Source: Pseudovirgaria hyperparasitica (Eukaryota). Taken from it: a DNA stretch of 64,000 bases. Under the pieces are notes generated by a model, which was not told the DNA's origin, did no database searches, and saw only the letters and a list, made by a program, of their open reading frames with translations. The stretch lies in the NCBI GenBank assembly GCA_010093815.1, contig ML996570.1; one strand, given 5' to 3'. A program made the translations under genes and the position numbers. Within the stretch, counting starts at the first letter, position 1, and each line of letters begins with the position of its first letter. Shown one piece after another: positions 47,422 to 60,329 of the stretch.

Positions 47422-50124
47422 TCATCGTTCTCCTCGGAAATCTTCCGAGAAGACGGTTTCATCCTCTTCTGCTACAGGCGCAGGCGTTTTTCGTTCACGT
47501 TGTCCACGACGCCTGTGTCGATTATAGCTGATGTTGCTCGCCGAGTCGTCAGGAGCCAGCTCTGATCGTTCATCGTCGATTCCGTCGTCAGTTTCCTCAT
47601 CCCACCTATCCATCCCGTACATGGATGCTGGAGTGCCCAAACGAACCTCCACATCCTCCGCCATGGAGCCACGCCGCGCTTGTGCGGCCATAGACAATCC
47701 CGCACTTCTTTCTCGAAGAGCATTCCGAACAGCCTCGGCTTTCATATGCAGGCTCTCAAAAGCATCTTCCAGTGCTTCCATTCCTACATAGATTTCGCGC
47801 TCTACCTCTGCAAGTACCGCAATCTCGGTCTCCTCGTCCATCTGAACAGGCGCACCGAACGAGCTGGGAGCAGGCGTCGGACCTCGACTTATCCTTCCAC
47901 TCGGGCCTGGACTAAAGGGAGTTGGACCGCGAGAAACACCTGGACTGAACGGGGTCACATTCCTAGAGAGCGGAGTCGCTGTCGGGCCTCGAGATGGAGC
48001 GCGACTCAGGGGAGTACCGACTCCATTATCAGCACCACTCCAAAGAAAGCCGTCGAATCGACCAGAGATTAGAATTTCCCATTCCCCGCTGCTCACTGCT
48101 GCCAGTGTCGCGAGCACAGGATGTAGCTCCGCATGTTTCAGCAGAAATATGGCGCACTCAGGATTCCGCGGTAGGGTTGGCAAGCGGTATAGCCTCTGTA
48201 ATGCGTGACTAGTGTGCTTCAGCAGCTCTGGTTGATGATTCTCCAGTGGTGTCTGAGATCGAGAGACTGGTATTGTCAACTGACCTCGTAAAAGAGCCGA
48301 GAAAACAGGTCTTTTTTCTTCTTCAAGCTTGGTCATGATCGCAAAGGCAAGAGTTGCATCGTCTACCTCTGGAGGGGGATCTTCAGGCTGTGCAGTAAGC
48401 CAACTCTGAACTGCTTGCTTGGTCTTCTTACTCTGTCGAATGTAATGCTCGCGATACTCTTCGGGGACGTCGATATCTACTTTCTGCATTGGCGCTTCGT
48501 GCCCTTGAAGCCCAAGCCCCGTCGAAGTAGGTGCGAGAGAGAATGGGGGCCAAGGAGGGAGCTCACGCCGCCCTGAGACATACTCGAGAATTTCTCCCCA
48601 GCTGACGCCTCTTTCCAGGTCCGTCTGTGGAGGTGCAAAGGCGCTCGAGTGGCACATTATACACTGACATCGCTCTTCTGATATATTGCGCGAGAATACT
48701 GCCTCAAGACGATCCAGCAATCTGCGGGCAACTGAGCGATACCCGGTGGCCACAGCTAGTGAGCCATTCTTCTCCATGACCTTCGTATAATCGTTCAGGA
48801 GATTCTCAAGCGGCGCAAAGAATGCTTGAACATTGATAGCGTGGTTGTCGGAAGGCCTTGGCGATGCATATTGTTGATATGGTGCAACCGGTTTCTTGCC
48901 GACAGCCGCAGATAACAGGTTACGGGAAACAAGATGCGATAGCCCACCATTTTGTAGAAGATAGTCAACTCGTGGGTGATCAAATACAGGAGCTGGAGGA
49001 GGTGGTGGTGGTGGTGGAGGGGGCGCAGGTTGCTGCACATAAGGGTTAGATGCGGTCTTTCCTGGAGTTTCATCGGTATCATCCGCGAAGACTTCGATAG
49101 GAGTTGGCTCTCGTGAATCTGGTGTGACTGTAGGGATTGGTGTATGCCTTACATTTGGTGTATAGGGGGTTGAAGTGACGGCTGAAATTGGGGGCGCATC
49201 GTTGCGACACAACACTGAAGCTGTTCTCCGAGCTGGTTTTCGATCCGGAGCAATTGACGTTGCATCTGAGTCAGTCGTTGATTGAGCTACTGAGGGTATA
49301 TTGTGCGATCCTATCGAAGCACTCCGTCCGGGTGGGTGCGCATTGGGACTGAGCGGTCTTATGCTTGGAGCGGCTTTCTTTGGTGTCTCGAGACTGCTGC
49401 TGCGCATAGAGTATTCTGTGTCCCTTGTCACGTCCGATACATTGTCCGCCAACGTGCTCTCTCGAAGGCTTGAGCGTGAAGTCGAGAATTTAGGTCCAGT
49501 CGACGTCCGCGAGGGGCTCTCCGTGCTTCTCCGGCTTTTTGAAGCTTCTTCCATTGTACGTTCTGCCGATCGCCGTGTGCTTTGCCTGCTCTCTGATCTC
49601 CTCTGTTCTGACGCCGCCGTTGCCGTGAGAGGTGGACTCGGGGGTGCGGTTGCAGCTCGACGTTCTCCGGACGTTGGTTTGTCTCTACTGGTGTGACCTA
49701 GGTCCGTGGGGTCGGGGGTGTAGACAGCGGCTTTTGGAGCAGGCAACGAGTCTTTGCTACCCACGGCCTCTCTACTATGGGCTTTCGAAAAGGAAGGATA
49801 TGGTAGACTTGTTTTGGAGGCGCCAGGGGAGTCTGGGGGTCTCCGATCCATCTCAGGGACGACGGACATTTTACGTGACGAGTGGGAATGATGGGAGGAT
49901 GATTTCTTGTGGCGATGATGGCGGACATCCGCGTCACGAATGGGGTCCTTGGAAGAGGTCGAGGTTTTCGACCGACTCGAGCGAGAGGAAGTTTTGTGAC
50001 GGTCGCGGCGTTCTCTGTCTTTGGCTTTGTCTTTGTCCTTCTCCTCCTCACTGTCCTTGAACCTTGGGCTGTCTCGGTCGCTCTCTTTCTTACGACGCCG
50101 GCTCTCCGAGTCTCTGCTCAACAT
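47422..50124 (-). CDS. Hypothetical 900-aa protein: Arg/Ser-rich N-terminus, polyproline, folded C-terminal part with CxCxxC
   Basis: Long intronless ORF with PRVDYLLQNGGL, AVATGYRSVARRLLDRLE, CQCIMC; function not assignable. Confidence 0.85.
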   Translation of the reverse strand: MLSRDSESRRRKKESDRDSPRFKDSEEEKDKDKAKDRERRDRHKTSSRSSRSKTSTSSKDPIRDADVRHHRHKKSSSHHSHSSRKMSVVPEMDRRPPDSPGASKTSLPYPSFSKAHSREAVGSKDSLPAPKAAVYTPDPTDLGHTSRDKPTSGERRAATAPPSPPLTATAASEQRRSESRQSTRRSAERTMEEASKSRRSTESPSRTSTGPKFSTSRSSLRESTLADNVSDVTRDTEYSMRSSSLETPKKAAPSIRPLSPNAHPPGRSASIGSHNIPSVAQSTTDSDATSIAPDRKPARRTASVLCRNDAPPISAVTSTPYTPNVRHTPIPTVTPDSREPTPIEVFADDTDETPGKTASNPYVQQPAPPPPPPPPPPAPVFDHPRVDYLLQNGGLSHLVSRNLLSAAVGKKPVAPYQQYASPRPSDNHAINVQAFFAPLENLLNDYTKVMEKNGSLAVATGYRSVARRLLDRLEAVFSRNISEERCQCIMCHSSAFAPPQTDLERGVSWGEILEYVSGRRELPPWPPFSLAPTSTGLGLQGHEAPMQKVDIDVPEEYREHYIRQSKKTKQAVQSWLTAQPEDPPPEVDDATLAFAIMTKLEEEKRPVFSALLRGQLTIPVSRSQTPLENHQPELLKHTSHALQRLYRLPTLPRNPECAIFLLKHAELHPVLATLAAVSSGEWEILISGRFDGFLWSGADNGVGTPLSRAPSRGPTATPLSRNVTPFSPGVSRGPTPFSPGPSGRISRGPTPAPSSFGAPVQMDEETEIAVLAEVEREIYVGMEALEDAFESLHMKAEAVRNALRERSAGLSMAAQARRGSMAEDVEVRLGTPASMYGMDRWDEETDDGIDDERSELAPDDSASNISYNRHRRRGQRERKTPAPVAEEDETVFSEDFRGER

Positions 50125-50689
50125 GATTTTAACCCAGTGGCATCAGGAAGATTGGAGTGTGGGCGTGCAGGGAAGGCTGATCTAGAGAGGCGGAGATGCA
50201 AGGACGGCTAGCAAACAAGGCACATTAATTGGCTGGTGAGGTGACGGAGCTGCTTCTGCACTGCGCCGCACCGAGCAATGAGAGGGCGCGAAGAAAGGAG
50301 GGGGTGTGGTCGTACAGTAGAAAGCGGTCGCCAAGAGCAGTTGGGAGAGCTTGAGTGGTGAGATTGAGAGTGAGGTAGAGTGAGTGAGGTAACAGTGAAT
50401 GTGAATGAGTGGTGCAGTGCAGGTGAATACCTACAGATAACTTGACTTGACACTGGCGCTTGTCCACGGGCCAAGTTTGACGTGGCTGCGGGACACGCGC
50501 ATGGGTTTTCTTAGCACCGGGCTGTCAGATATCAGGCCACAATTTCAACCTCAGGCTACAACTTCGACCTCAATCGACGCGACGAGACCTGCAAAGCTCC
50601 AGATCTCCAAAGGCGGTGATTTCCGGGTCGACAAGAACATTGTGACATTGGAGCGAGCATCATGCGAAGGCTACAATTGCCTTTCCCGG

Positions 50690-51660
50690 TGCGTCACTGG
50701 AATGGAACGTTGACCCGAACGTCAAGGGGATCAAGTATGACAACGCTCTCCAGGCAGGCACCTTCAATAGCCATGTTGACATTGTGAGGATGCTTCTGCG
50801 TCATTGGGCGAAGATCAATGCGCACAATCATTGTTCGATACCACCAGATATAGAGGTTATCAAAGAATGATAGGCCTTTTGATGCTTGGCGGCATCGACA
50901 ATCGCTACAAGAGGCTTTTTATAGGGGTGATCTCGAGACTGTCGAGTTACTGATAGAACAGAATCACAATTTCAATGAGTACGCGGGACTGTACAGAAGT
51001 CCCGTTCACTCGACAGTATACAAATCTCACAAGACCGTGGCTGAAGTTTTGATAGTTGCAGGTGCAAATGTTAACATTTATGATTGGGCATTTAGGTCTC
51101 CTCCCCAATTATATTGCAGCAAAATCCGGAATGGCAGCCAGATCGATGATTTCAGTATGCTTCTCACAAATGGAGAGTTTTCCAGGCGCCTGCTACATTT
51201 AGTCACGATACCCTCCAAGTAGCATCGCGTAATGGCAATGAATTATGTGTGGACACTAATCGCCAGGGGTGGAAGGCGATGTCAATGCTAAATTAGGTAT
51301 GTATAGTTGTAGTTTTCAGATTGCTTATCGTTGGGAACATCATGGTGTTATACAGTCCCTCTTGAACACAGCGCAGACCACAGTGGTAGCAAAGAATGTT
51401 ATGGAAGAGCTACACAATCTACTGCAGCTGGACATTATCATGACACTATACCCAGCTTCTACGGAAATCTGGTGCCAACGTCGATGCCCTAGGTGGCCAT
51501 TATGTATCGCTGTTGCAGGTCGCTGTGGCAAGGGAAACTCCGTTCAGGAAGTGCAAATACTTCTCAACATGGGCGCATACGCTAACATACCAGGAGCTCA
51601 CACCGAGACGGCCATAGAACGCTCAGCAGGCCCGAAAAGTTGCAGCTATTTCTCTACCTT
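50690..51660 (+). pseudogene. Degenerate ankyrin-repeat gene
   Basis: Fragments in different frames with stops and frameshifts: YDNALQAGTFNSHVDIVRMLL, VAEVLIVAGANVNI, GDVNAKLGMY, EVQILLNMGAYANIPG. Confidence 0.7.
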
Positions 51661-51954
51661 ATCGAACCAGCATAAAGGTGATATGACGGAGTCCAACCGA
51701 ATGGGTTTACAACCACAAGACACGGGCTCAGAGCAATGTGATCGTTGTCACTCAAGCCCACTCACCGAACTGAAGCCGCATATCACGCCTAAGGTCCGTT
51801 TGCGAAATATTCTGGGACGGCTGGTGCTTTGCAGAGTATATCAAAATGAATTTACGGGATTAATCCCTGATGATCCCTCAAGAAGAAAGCTACATTTCGC
51901 GGACTACTCGTATAGTGAAAGGAACCTCAAAAGTATCAGATTTTGTGACTCTAC

Positions 51955-52671
51955 CTACAACTCCTGCCCGAAGGCAAAAGGAAATCCGGGGGCCTGGGCA
52001 TCACATGATGATCTGACTGTGAATGCGCTGTTCTCAACTTGATCGCCAGCCACAATTCGACCTGAGGGCGCCGTGATGCTATAGGTAAATCTCCCTCCAC
52101 TCTGAGCTCCTGCGAACACAAATCTTATAGGGTAGTACCTCTTTGCAAGGAGATATACATTGAAGAATACATTGCCTCGCCCAGGCGGATTGAACTGATA
52201 GCTCACTAATGCCTCCCTATTTGTTCCGTTCCAGAATGCAGTCGCTTCAGGGCCGATCCAGGTATACAAAGCGTCGTCAACGTCGTTCAACTGAATGGTG
52301 TATGTTCCGGTCTCGCACGCATAAAGATATGCGCGGTGATTAATCGCGTACTGTGTCTTGACGAGATTGACAGTGGATCCATATATGGGCCCTGCTGGAC
52401 CTCCCTCTGCACTGCCGATAGGTAATCCGATGGTGCGTGTGGTGCCGGTATAGATGGGTACTGTGGTCTTGAGAGCGGCTGGATTGAAGCTTGGGTATCC
52501 TGGTGCGGTATTGCTTGCAGAATTGTTGTAGTAAGCCCATTCCCAGCCGGCGTTGGGGCAGAAGATCGGGAGAGAAGGGCACGAAGGATCGAATGGTGGA
52601 ATGACGATTGAGCTGGCCAATGACATGAGTGCCATGAACTGGACAAAGAGGTGGTACCTTGAAATATGCAT
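51955..52671 (-). CDS. Secreted GLEYA/PA14-domain protein
   Basis: Signal peptide; NHRAYLYACETGTYT..VDD...WIG, YYPIRFVF, C-terminal SCD..APGFPFAFGQE. Confidence 0.85.
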   Translation of the reverse strand: MHISRYHLFVQFMALMSLASSIVIPPFDPSCPSLPIFCPNAGWEWAYYNNSASNTAPGYPSFNPAALKTTVPIYTGTTRTIGLPIGSAEGGPAGPIYGSTVNLVKTQYAINHRAYLYACETGTYTIQLNDVDDALYTWIGPEATAFWNGTNREALVSYQFNPPGRGNVFFNVYLLAKRYYPIRFVFAGAQSGGRFTYSITAPSGRIVAGDQVENSAFTVRSSCDAQAPGFPFAFGQEL

Positions 52672-53354
52672 TTTAATCCTATAGGGAATTTCTTGGTTGA
52701 TGATGTTAGATTACAGATTGCTTGATGTCCTACCTTTTATACACTATTCCAGTCACACATGAGTGCATTCTTTGTTGCCGAGGGCAGAGAGGTTTCAAAA
52801 GTCGGAATGCACTTTTCGTCGTTTCAGCCAGCCTGTGAGATGTCTTGGGCGCCATCGGAGGCGATATGGACGATATATCATAGTTTGGCTTTAAATAGCG
52901 TATTCATTGTCTTAGTATGCGTTGAAATCAGTGACACAGGTCTAAGACCCATAGCTTCGGAAGTCGACACATAGTTCTGGTAGCTTTTCCATATAAGGTT
53001 CACATTTGCCTTGACGTGGTACAAGCCCACCGGGTTTTATTCTCCGGAATTTCCACATTTGAATTTCCTATTTGGGAAACGACCCCGGATTTTACCTCAG
53101 CTCCATATTTCCCCACGCGGCAACGCTTGCTTTTTCGGCAGATCACGGGCCCAAAATCAACTACCGTCTTCTGTTGTCATCAGATCCCGGTTTTGAATAG
53201 TCCGTCGCGGGGTTCGCCCGATGCTTATATCAACGTCACGAGACAGTAAGATTCAGAGTGACTAGATGTAAGGAGTGCATAAGAGCACGAATGCCCGGCT
53301 CGTGAGTAGATGTTCACACGGCTTGTATACAGAGGTTGATAACGAGAATCTGCA

Positions 53355-54878
53355 ATGAGAACCGCCAAAATCGCCAGTATACTCACTGTAACAAGTGCAC
53401 TACTATGTCACTTATCCGTGTTCGCCGCGGAACAACCACGATGTAAGCCATGGACAGTCGACAAGAAACATCGAATTTTCGTAGCAACGGACATTTCCAA
53501 CGAGCCTGATGACGCAATGTCCCTCATTCGCATGCTCGTCCACTCAGATCAATACCACATTGAAGGAATTGCAGCAGTTACTTCCACATGGCTGAATGCC
53601 TCGACATACCCCGACCATATCGAGGAGATTATCAATGCATACGCCTTGGTTCAAGACAACCTCCAAACTCATGGACACGGCCAATTTCCCACTGCAGACA
53701 CTCTCCTGTCGAAAGTCACGACTGGCCCCAAGATGTACGGCCTCACAGCCATCGAGTCTCTGCAAGCAGGAAACAACTCTTCACCCGGCGCACAACTCCT
53801 CCTTGCGGCCGTCGACGCATCCCCTGAGCCACTGTACGCGCAAGCATGGGGCGGTGCAAATCTCATCGCCGAAGCCCTCTGGGTAGCAAACGCCACCAAA
53901 ACGCCCTCCGAATTCGCCATATTCACGTCTAAACTGCGCGTCTACAGCATCTCCGACCAGGACAACACAGGAGCCTGGGCCCGGATGCACTTCCCCGGCG
54001 TCCGCTGGATCGCATCCGTGCACGGCTGGAACGCATACGCCATGGCCGCATGGACAGGCATCAGCGGGGAAGACAACTACTCACAAGATAAAGGCGGCCC
54101 AGACACATCCCTCGTGTCCCCTTCCTGGCTTGCAGAGCACGTGCAGATTGGACCGCTCGGTACGCATTACCCGGACGTGCTGTATATCATGGAAGGCGAT
54201 ACACCATCCCTCTTCTACACGTTCAACAACGGTCTCGGGAACCCTGAGTTTCCAGCATGGGGCAGTTGGGGCGGGCGGTACACACCGAGCATGCTTGGCG
54301 GGAACCATTACGGTGATAACGTGGATACTGTTCTGGGCCATGATGGGCGAATGTATACGAGCAACAAGGCCACTGTATGGCGCTGGCGTGCGGCGTATCA
54401 GTGGGAAATGGCGGCACGCATGCAGTGGACTCTGCAACCGTATGTAACTGGGTCGAATACCATACATCCACCTGTCGTTGTCATCAATGGGTCGTGTGGA
54501 AGCCATCATATCGAGTTAACGGCTAAAGCTGGCAGCACAATCACGCTCGATGCTACAGACTCGTATGATCTCGACGGCAGTACGCTGGAATTCACATGGT
54601 TTCACTATCGTGAGCCTTCTATGACCCAGAATTCGTATTCAGAAGTGCCTTTGCTGAACTTTACGTTCGCAGGTGGGTCGAATAATCGGATTGTGAGTAT
54701 ACAGTTGCCAGCAGAAAGCGACGCGTGCAGGTCACCTACAAGAGTGAATAAGCTGGTGGATGCGGGTGTTGTGTGTCAGCAGTATCATTTGATTCTACAG
54801 GCCACGAATCAAGGGACGACACCGATCACGAGGTATCGAAGGGTGTTAGTGAAAACTGATCCTGGCAATGGGATGTAG
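53355..54878 (+). CDS. Secreted DUF1593 (nucleoside-hydrolase-like) protein with C-terminal Ig-like domain
   Basis: Signal peptide; TDISNEPDDAMSL, WGGAN, RVYSISDQD, MEGDTPS, WGSWGGRY, LDATDSYDLDG, ITRYRRV. Confidence 0.88.
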   Translation: MRTAKIASILTVTSALLCHLSVFAAEQPRCKPWTVDKKHRIFVATDISNEPDDAMSLIRMLVHSDQYHIEGIAAVTSTWLNASTYPDHIEEIINAYALVQDNLQTHGHGQFPTADTLLSKVTTGPKMYGLTAIESLQAGNNSSPGAQLLLAAVDASPEPLYAQAWGGANLIAEALWVANATKTPSEFAIFTSKLRVYSISDQDNTGAWARMHFPGVRWIASVHGWNAYAMAAWTGISGEDNYSQDKGGPDTSLVSPSWLAEHVQIGPLGTHYPDVLYIMEGDTPSLFYTFNNGLGNPEFPAWGSWGGRYTPSMLGGNHYGDNVDTVLGHDGRMYTSNKATVWRWRAAYQWEMAARMQWTLQPYVTGSNTIHPPVVVINGSCGSHHIELTAKAGSTITLDATDSYDLDGSTLEFTWFHYREPSMTQNSYSEVPLLNFTFAGGSNNRIVSIQLPAESDACRSPTRVNKLVDAGVVCQQYHLILQATNQGTTPITRYRRVLVKTDPGNGM

Positions 54879-55260
54879 TCACTTTATAGCTCTGAACAGG
54901 AGCGACGATAATATCTGGGAATAGTGCCCCATGAATGTAGTATTGACTATCGAGAATCCATGCGTCCAAGCCTCAAAACGAAGCCAGCGTTTCTTCAACC
55001 TTTACCACGGAAACACTATATTATGCCATGATGACCATTAGTACCCAAGGCATCCCTCGACCTATGATGTCCTGATGGCCTGATGTCTTTGTCTCCTGAG
55101 TCCGAATTCGAAACATGATTCAGTTGAGCTTGGAATGGTCGTCATAATTCGTTGATCAAGATACTTGTATCACAATGTCAGCTTTTAAAAGAATGTCGTA
55201 CTGATGACCAACATTGTTCTAGCGACTTACTAATAGCCTCTCTTCTCTCTATCTCTGAAC

Positions 55261-55575
55261 TCAGTTCGTCCACGCGTTTTTTGAGTTTCTTGCACATGAG
55301 ATCCTTGAGATCAGGTCATGGTTTCTGAGCTCGCTTGTAACCGCCGCATGTAGGCTCTCTTGCATTTTGGAAGTTTCTTCAGCTTGTTGCGTTGGGCTCG
55401 GACAGGTACCGTCTTGAGTTCTCCATTTTTTAAATGCGCTGTCGAATTGGACTCTGTAACGTGCTAATATGGAGTCGATCATGCTAGGGTCAAACAACAT
55501 TTCGGCCTCGTCTTTACACTTCTTCCAGACGGCGTTTTTGGTAGCTTCCTCGGGGGAGATCTGCTCGGCAGACAT
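55261..55575 (-). CDS. Small hypothetical protein (about 104 aa)
   Basis: ORF MSAEQISPEEATKN... with helical, charged composition; no family recognised. Confidence 0.35.
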   Translation of the reverse strand: MSAEQISPEEATKNAVWKKCKDEAEMLFDPSMIDSILARYRVQFDSAFKKWRTQDGTCPSPTQQAEETSKMQESLHAAVTSELRNHDLISRISCARNSKNAWTN

Positions 55576-56437
55576 TATGTAGATGTAGTGATGACCGAGA
55601 ATCCTGTAAATGCGATGGGAGTGCTGAGTGTGAGATAAGGTGCGAATGAAGTAGGAAGAATATACCACCCGCTCTACGATGCATCATATATATACCCAAT
55701 ATCCGTACCAAATCTTGTTTTGATGCATGGATATTCATTTCTCTGGCATCAGGAATTAGGTTGTTCGTTCCTTGGTCGGAGTGTTACACGCAGTACTTGC
55801 GCTGTCAGAATCAAGAGACCACGTCGCCCCCCCCCCCCCCCCCCCCCCCAAGATGGATTTGTTGGCTTTACCGCCACCCCCTACTTCATTACCTGATTTA
55901 TCCTAGGAATGCTTTGTTCTCGGACTAGGTATGTATATTAGATCCTGTGCCACCGGGCGAAAGAATGCTGCCCCTTCTTTTGAGAATGTAAGTAGCTTTC
56001 TATCTTTACCACTCTGTAAATTATTCTAATGTTAAATCTTGCCACAATGATGTATTATAGGTAATCATGATGCAGTCATCATTTAAGTTGCAGACAAGGA
56101 CAAAGCTGCGTCTAATATATCTCAAATCCTGCCAAATATAATCTCCTAGTATATTATTGGTATTTGTAGACGCATATGTCATGTAAACGCCTATTTCTCC
56201 TATGCTCCTCTCTTCATGCTCTATAATATATCGATAACTGTTTTTGTTTACACATTATATCAGGCATACAATATTCGATGTCAAAACTTCTACTATCCCG
56301 AATGCTCTCAAGAGAAACAGGGCTATAGAAACATAGATTTATACAAAATGATCCATTCATATATCATGTATGTCTCATATGTGTTCTAATTGCCACTAGA
56401 GTATTACCAAGATAAATGAGTAACAGACCGTTAAGTC

Positions 56438-56442
<5 letters not shown>

Positions 56443-56482
<40 letters not shown>
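56443..56482. repeat. (CT)n microsatellite
   Basis: Direct reading. Confidence 0.95.
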
Positions 56483-56485
<3 letters not shown>

Positions 56486-57518
56486 AATATAAATAGATGA
56501 ATAAGAAATTGATATATATAATAGGGCATCTATAGCAATTACCCACATAGAAATTAGCTTTAGCTACGTTACCAGAGATACAGTCAGGGTTAAATTAGTA
56601 TATAAGATAGCTATACATGCGGATAGAAAGCACTGCCCGCAAGTACTTTATGATGGAGAGGCTTGGATTAGACTATCCAAGACGGCATAGGCTAGTGCAG
56701 TGCAGGTGTGAAACGTAGGTATACATTTAGACATAGTTGTGGGCGTATATGTAGGTATAGACGTAGGCAAGGCTGCGCGGGCAATGTAGTGTGTTGATCT
56801 GGTTCAGGGCCAGCTCCAGAGACTCGCTTCAGGCCAAAAACAAGGTGCCGACCATGTTCATCCAATCAATTGTCACACGAGCCAACATCAATCAAGAAAC
56901 AGCCTATTCGCAGCGACGCAAATTACATGTTCTATGCATACTTCACTTCTGGCAGGTGCATGCTACGTACACAATACACACACGCTTCCCAGAACATACT
57001 TGATATCGTCCTAGATAGCATCGTCATCTTCATCATCATAAGCCTAGCCCGCCTCGAGATGCAGTATGTTTACCCATCACAACCAACTTCGAAAATCGCG
57101 GGAGAGGAGTCTCTCTGGGCATCGCGGGTTCGGAAGAAAGGAGACTTATTTTTTTGGCCGATGTTGCTCCACACAGTTTGTGTATATGCTCTTCGAATCG
57201 GTGCCATACGATTTTCCTTTCCATGTTCAGAGGTTGGTTGGGAATCCATTGGTGTGTGTATGTTGTATCCGAAGACTGCTGAAATGGGACCTTCAAGAGT
57301 GCTACATCTGAGTCGTACTGGCTGGCGACAGAGAGCGCATTGGGAGAGGTATGAGTCAACACGAGCGGAGCCCGAAGCTTCTGTGGGTGATAAGCGATAG
57401 TATAGAGAGAGAGCACTTGGTGACACACTACTTTTTACAGTATGTGCTACGATAAAGTCAGTAATCGTATGCATAAATCGATGGGGGAGATGGGATATAC
57501 CAACGACAACATCCTGGC

Positions 57519-58896
57519 TCATGAGTGCACGAATGTCTTGATAACATGTTCGTCTCTTTTATCCACCAACTGGAGAGTATCGCGACTGTCATTTGTGACC
57601 TGCCTTTCCAGACTCTCATTCTCTATCATCTTGAAGTCCTTGCGCACCGAGACGTGAATTGGAGTCATAGCATTCTTCAGGCTGGTGGTGTCACGCTCTT
57701 CAAGACGGAGAGCACCTTCTCGTGGGTTTTCTTCTTCGTCATCTTTGCATCTTGTGGTCAGGTGCGATAGGCTGAACACGCCGGGGCGTTTGTGGTAACG
57801 ATTCGGAGTTCCGTCAGAGTAGTCGGGTTCTTCACTGGAGACGCCTTTCGTGGTGAGATGCTCGATTACTTGCTTGTAAAGTGGATACAACGTAACCACA
57901 CAGCCTGCCGTGATGGCAAGGCCGCACTCGACGATGGACCAGACAGCAATCGGAACAGTTGCGTCTAGTAGGGACGACCAGGTCAGAACACGAGCGTTGG
58001 CGAGAACTGAGAGATAAACTTACAGAGAAAGTCAGCATCAGTAAAAAATCGGGTGTATGGTATGCGAATGACGACCGCGCAGCTTGCACTATAAGACCGT
58101 CGAGTCAGCCAGAATCAGCAAATATGGAAAAGGAGTATCCACTTACATGCAGGCTATACTAAGGATTGGCACAAGCATGAACTTCATGCTTCGTTCCATT
58201 TGCAGTTTGGTAATTAGTACTACCGGCAGGAGGCCGAAGATGAAATCACATAGAGCGCAAGTAGCGCCGTAACAATAGGAGCAGATTGCAATGACTTCGG
58301 GTGAGAGACAATGACCGTCCACCACACCAAGCCATCTCGTCCAGAAGAACTGAACAGGCGAACACTCGAAGAAGGTAACGAAGAGGAACACAATTCCACT
58401 GAGAGTCGTGACGGCCATGGCGATCCAGATGATGATGCGGTGCACCTTGTAAACAGTCAGGCGGAGGAGAAAGACGCCAATAGAGATTTTGGCGCAGGTC
58501 ATGGCGACGCTGTATGCAATGTAGCCGATCCAATAGATGTGGTATACGTCAGTATTCTCTGGCAACAGAGGAGGAATAGTCAACTTATCCTCATAGTCAC
58601 CATGATACTCGTTGGATCCAGATCAGTCATATGCTGGCCCAGCCCGTGGCGTGTTCCCACTATCCCAGCAGTTGTGTAGGTCAGATAGCCCATCTGTATA
58701 CGCATGAGCCTAGGACAGCCGAAATGGCAAATAGAATAATATCTCGTACCAATGAAAGGACCATAAAGTAATCGTCTAAACCGAAAGCCTTGGTTATGCG
58801 AATTCGAACATAGCATCGTAACAGCACAAAAGACAGTGCGAGGGGCCCAAACGAAGCAGCAACACCCAAGACCTGCGGGCCCCGGTTCTCGACCAT
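57519..58896 (-). CDS. PTH11-like 7-TM integral membrane protein (no CFEM)
   Basis: MVENRGPQV..LRCYVR..FGLDD, GLGQH, AKISIGVFLLRL, ECSPVQFFW, DFIFGLLP, IWSSVECGLAITAGC; multiple introns, boundaries partly inferred. Confidence 0.85.
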
Positions 58897-60329
58897 GATT
58901 GTGAAAGAAGGAGTAAGTCAGATATTGGAGCCGGATGAACACGTCTGGGACTCGTAGAGAGTGGCCACAAGATAGAGATCTAATGTTCCATGGGCGAAGA
59001 GGATTGCAGGTAGTATATATGGTGGTGGACAGGGGCCATTGCGCGGGTACATAATGGTGAGCCTTTTTGATCCTTCTTCGAATGCACGTGACAGTCCCTA
59101 GTCTCATGCACTTGACAGTCTCTAGTCGCTGGGATCATACCACCGACAAATGGCGTTGCAAAACGGGCAGTATTAGGTTTCATGGCTTGTGGCGGTAGTT
59201 TTAGTCTGGAGGTTTTGTGGGGAGCGGGTCGGCGCTGACTAGGTAGGTAGAGCCGGATCTGGAAGCGGGTCAGGCCATTTGGTAATGCCCATATCATTTA
59301 CCGAGAAGTCAACGGCGCTCTCACAATACCTGCATATGTCTGTTCTTCGTAATAATGCGCAGGGACTGTAAAGGGTTCGCTGCGGTAGTTGCGATGTCAC
59401 TAGACAGGCCCTATTGGTGCTTACTTAAATTCTTGTTTTTTTATGGATCAGCTCAGGTCCGTTATGCATTTGATGGGCCGGGGAGGGCTGTTATGGCTGT
59501 AAAGCTTGTCGATCAGCTTCAGGTCTCGTGGCGCTCAGAATTCACATATCAGTAAGTACTAAAACGAAAGAAGAAAAAGCTAAGCTCATTCACGCGTGCC
59601 ATCGTGCCAGGTGCCTTAAGATTTCCCGGCACGTCTCGCCCCCTGCGCCTGCCCACTTCTTACTAGCTAGCCCTACACGCATCCGAAATCCAGGACATCA
59701 CTGAGATCACTCGAGCGTGGAGTGTCACTGGGTCAGTGTGTATACCATCACTATGCTATGTAGCCTCAGACTTGCAGGTACAGGGATGTTTCCCTGCCTT
59801 CCTCCCGTGGCTCCACTTGGGTAACCAGTCAGATTTCATCGTAGGGCCAGTAAAAAAATCTATTTTGGTTGTCACTCATCAGGCCACACTGCCACACACT
59901 CGTAGAATTCAACCAGATCCTGTTCGTACTTGGCCATTGCTCGAGAAAGATCAAACATGCATGAACTCTAGCAGGAAAACCACTCTCTGGCCCCACCAGA
60001 CAGCAACTTTCCTGCTGGATGAAATAGGAAAATTCGTGACCATGCATCGCACAGCTGTGAATGTAGTACGCGAATCGTGAGAGGTGAGAGGGAAACAAAT
60101 AATTGTGATGCCAAGACGCACAATGGATTCGACTGTAGCCATGTCTCCATTATCTGTGTGGACTAGTAATTCGCTAATTAATTAGTCTTGTTGTTGACCA
60201 GTGGAAAGGGCTGCTCCAAGCGGCGCTAACACCACAAAGTGCCTCCGCCAGGGACGTTGGCTTGTACCACTATCACCATCTACGATGAACATGGCTAGCT
60301 CATATTCGCACCGCTGTCTGTCGTGCACA

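Noticed and set aside
56790..57520. Overlapping ORFs downstream of the PTH11-like gene
   Set aside because: No recognisable motif or credible gene structure.
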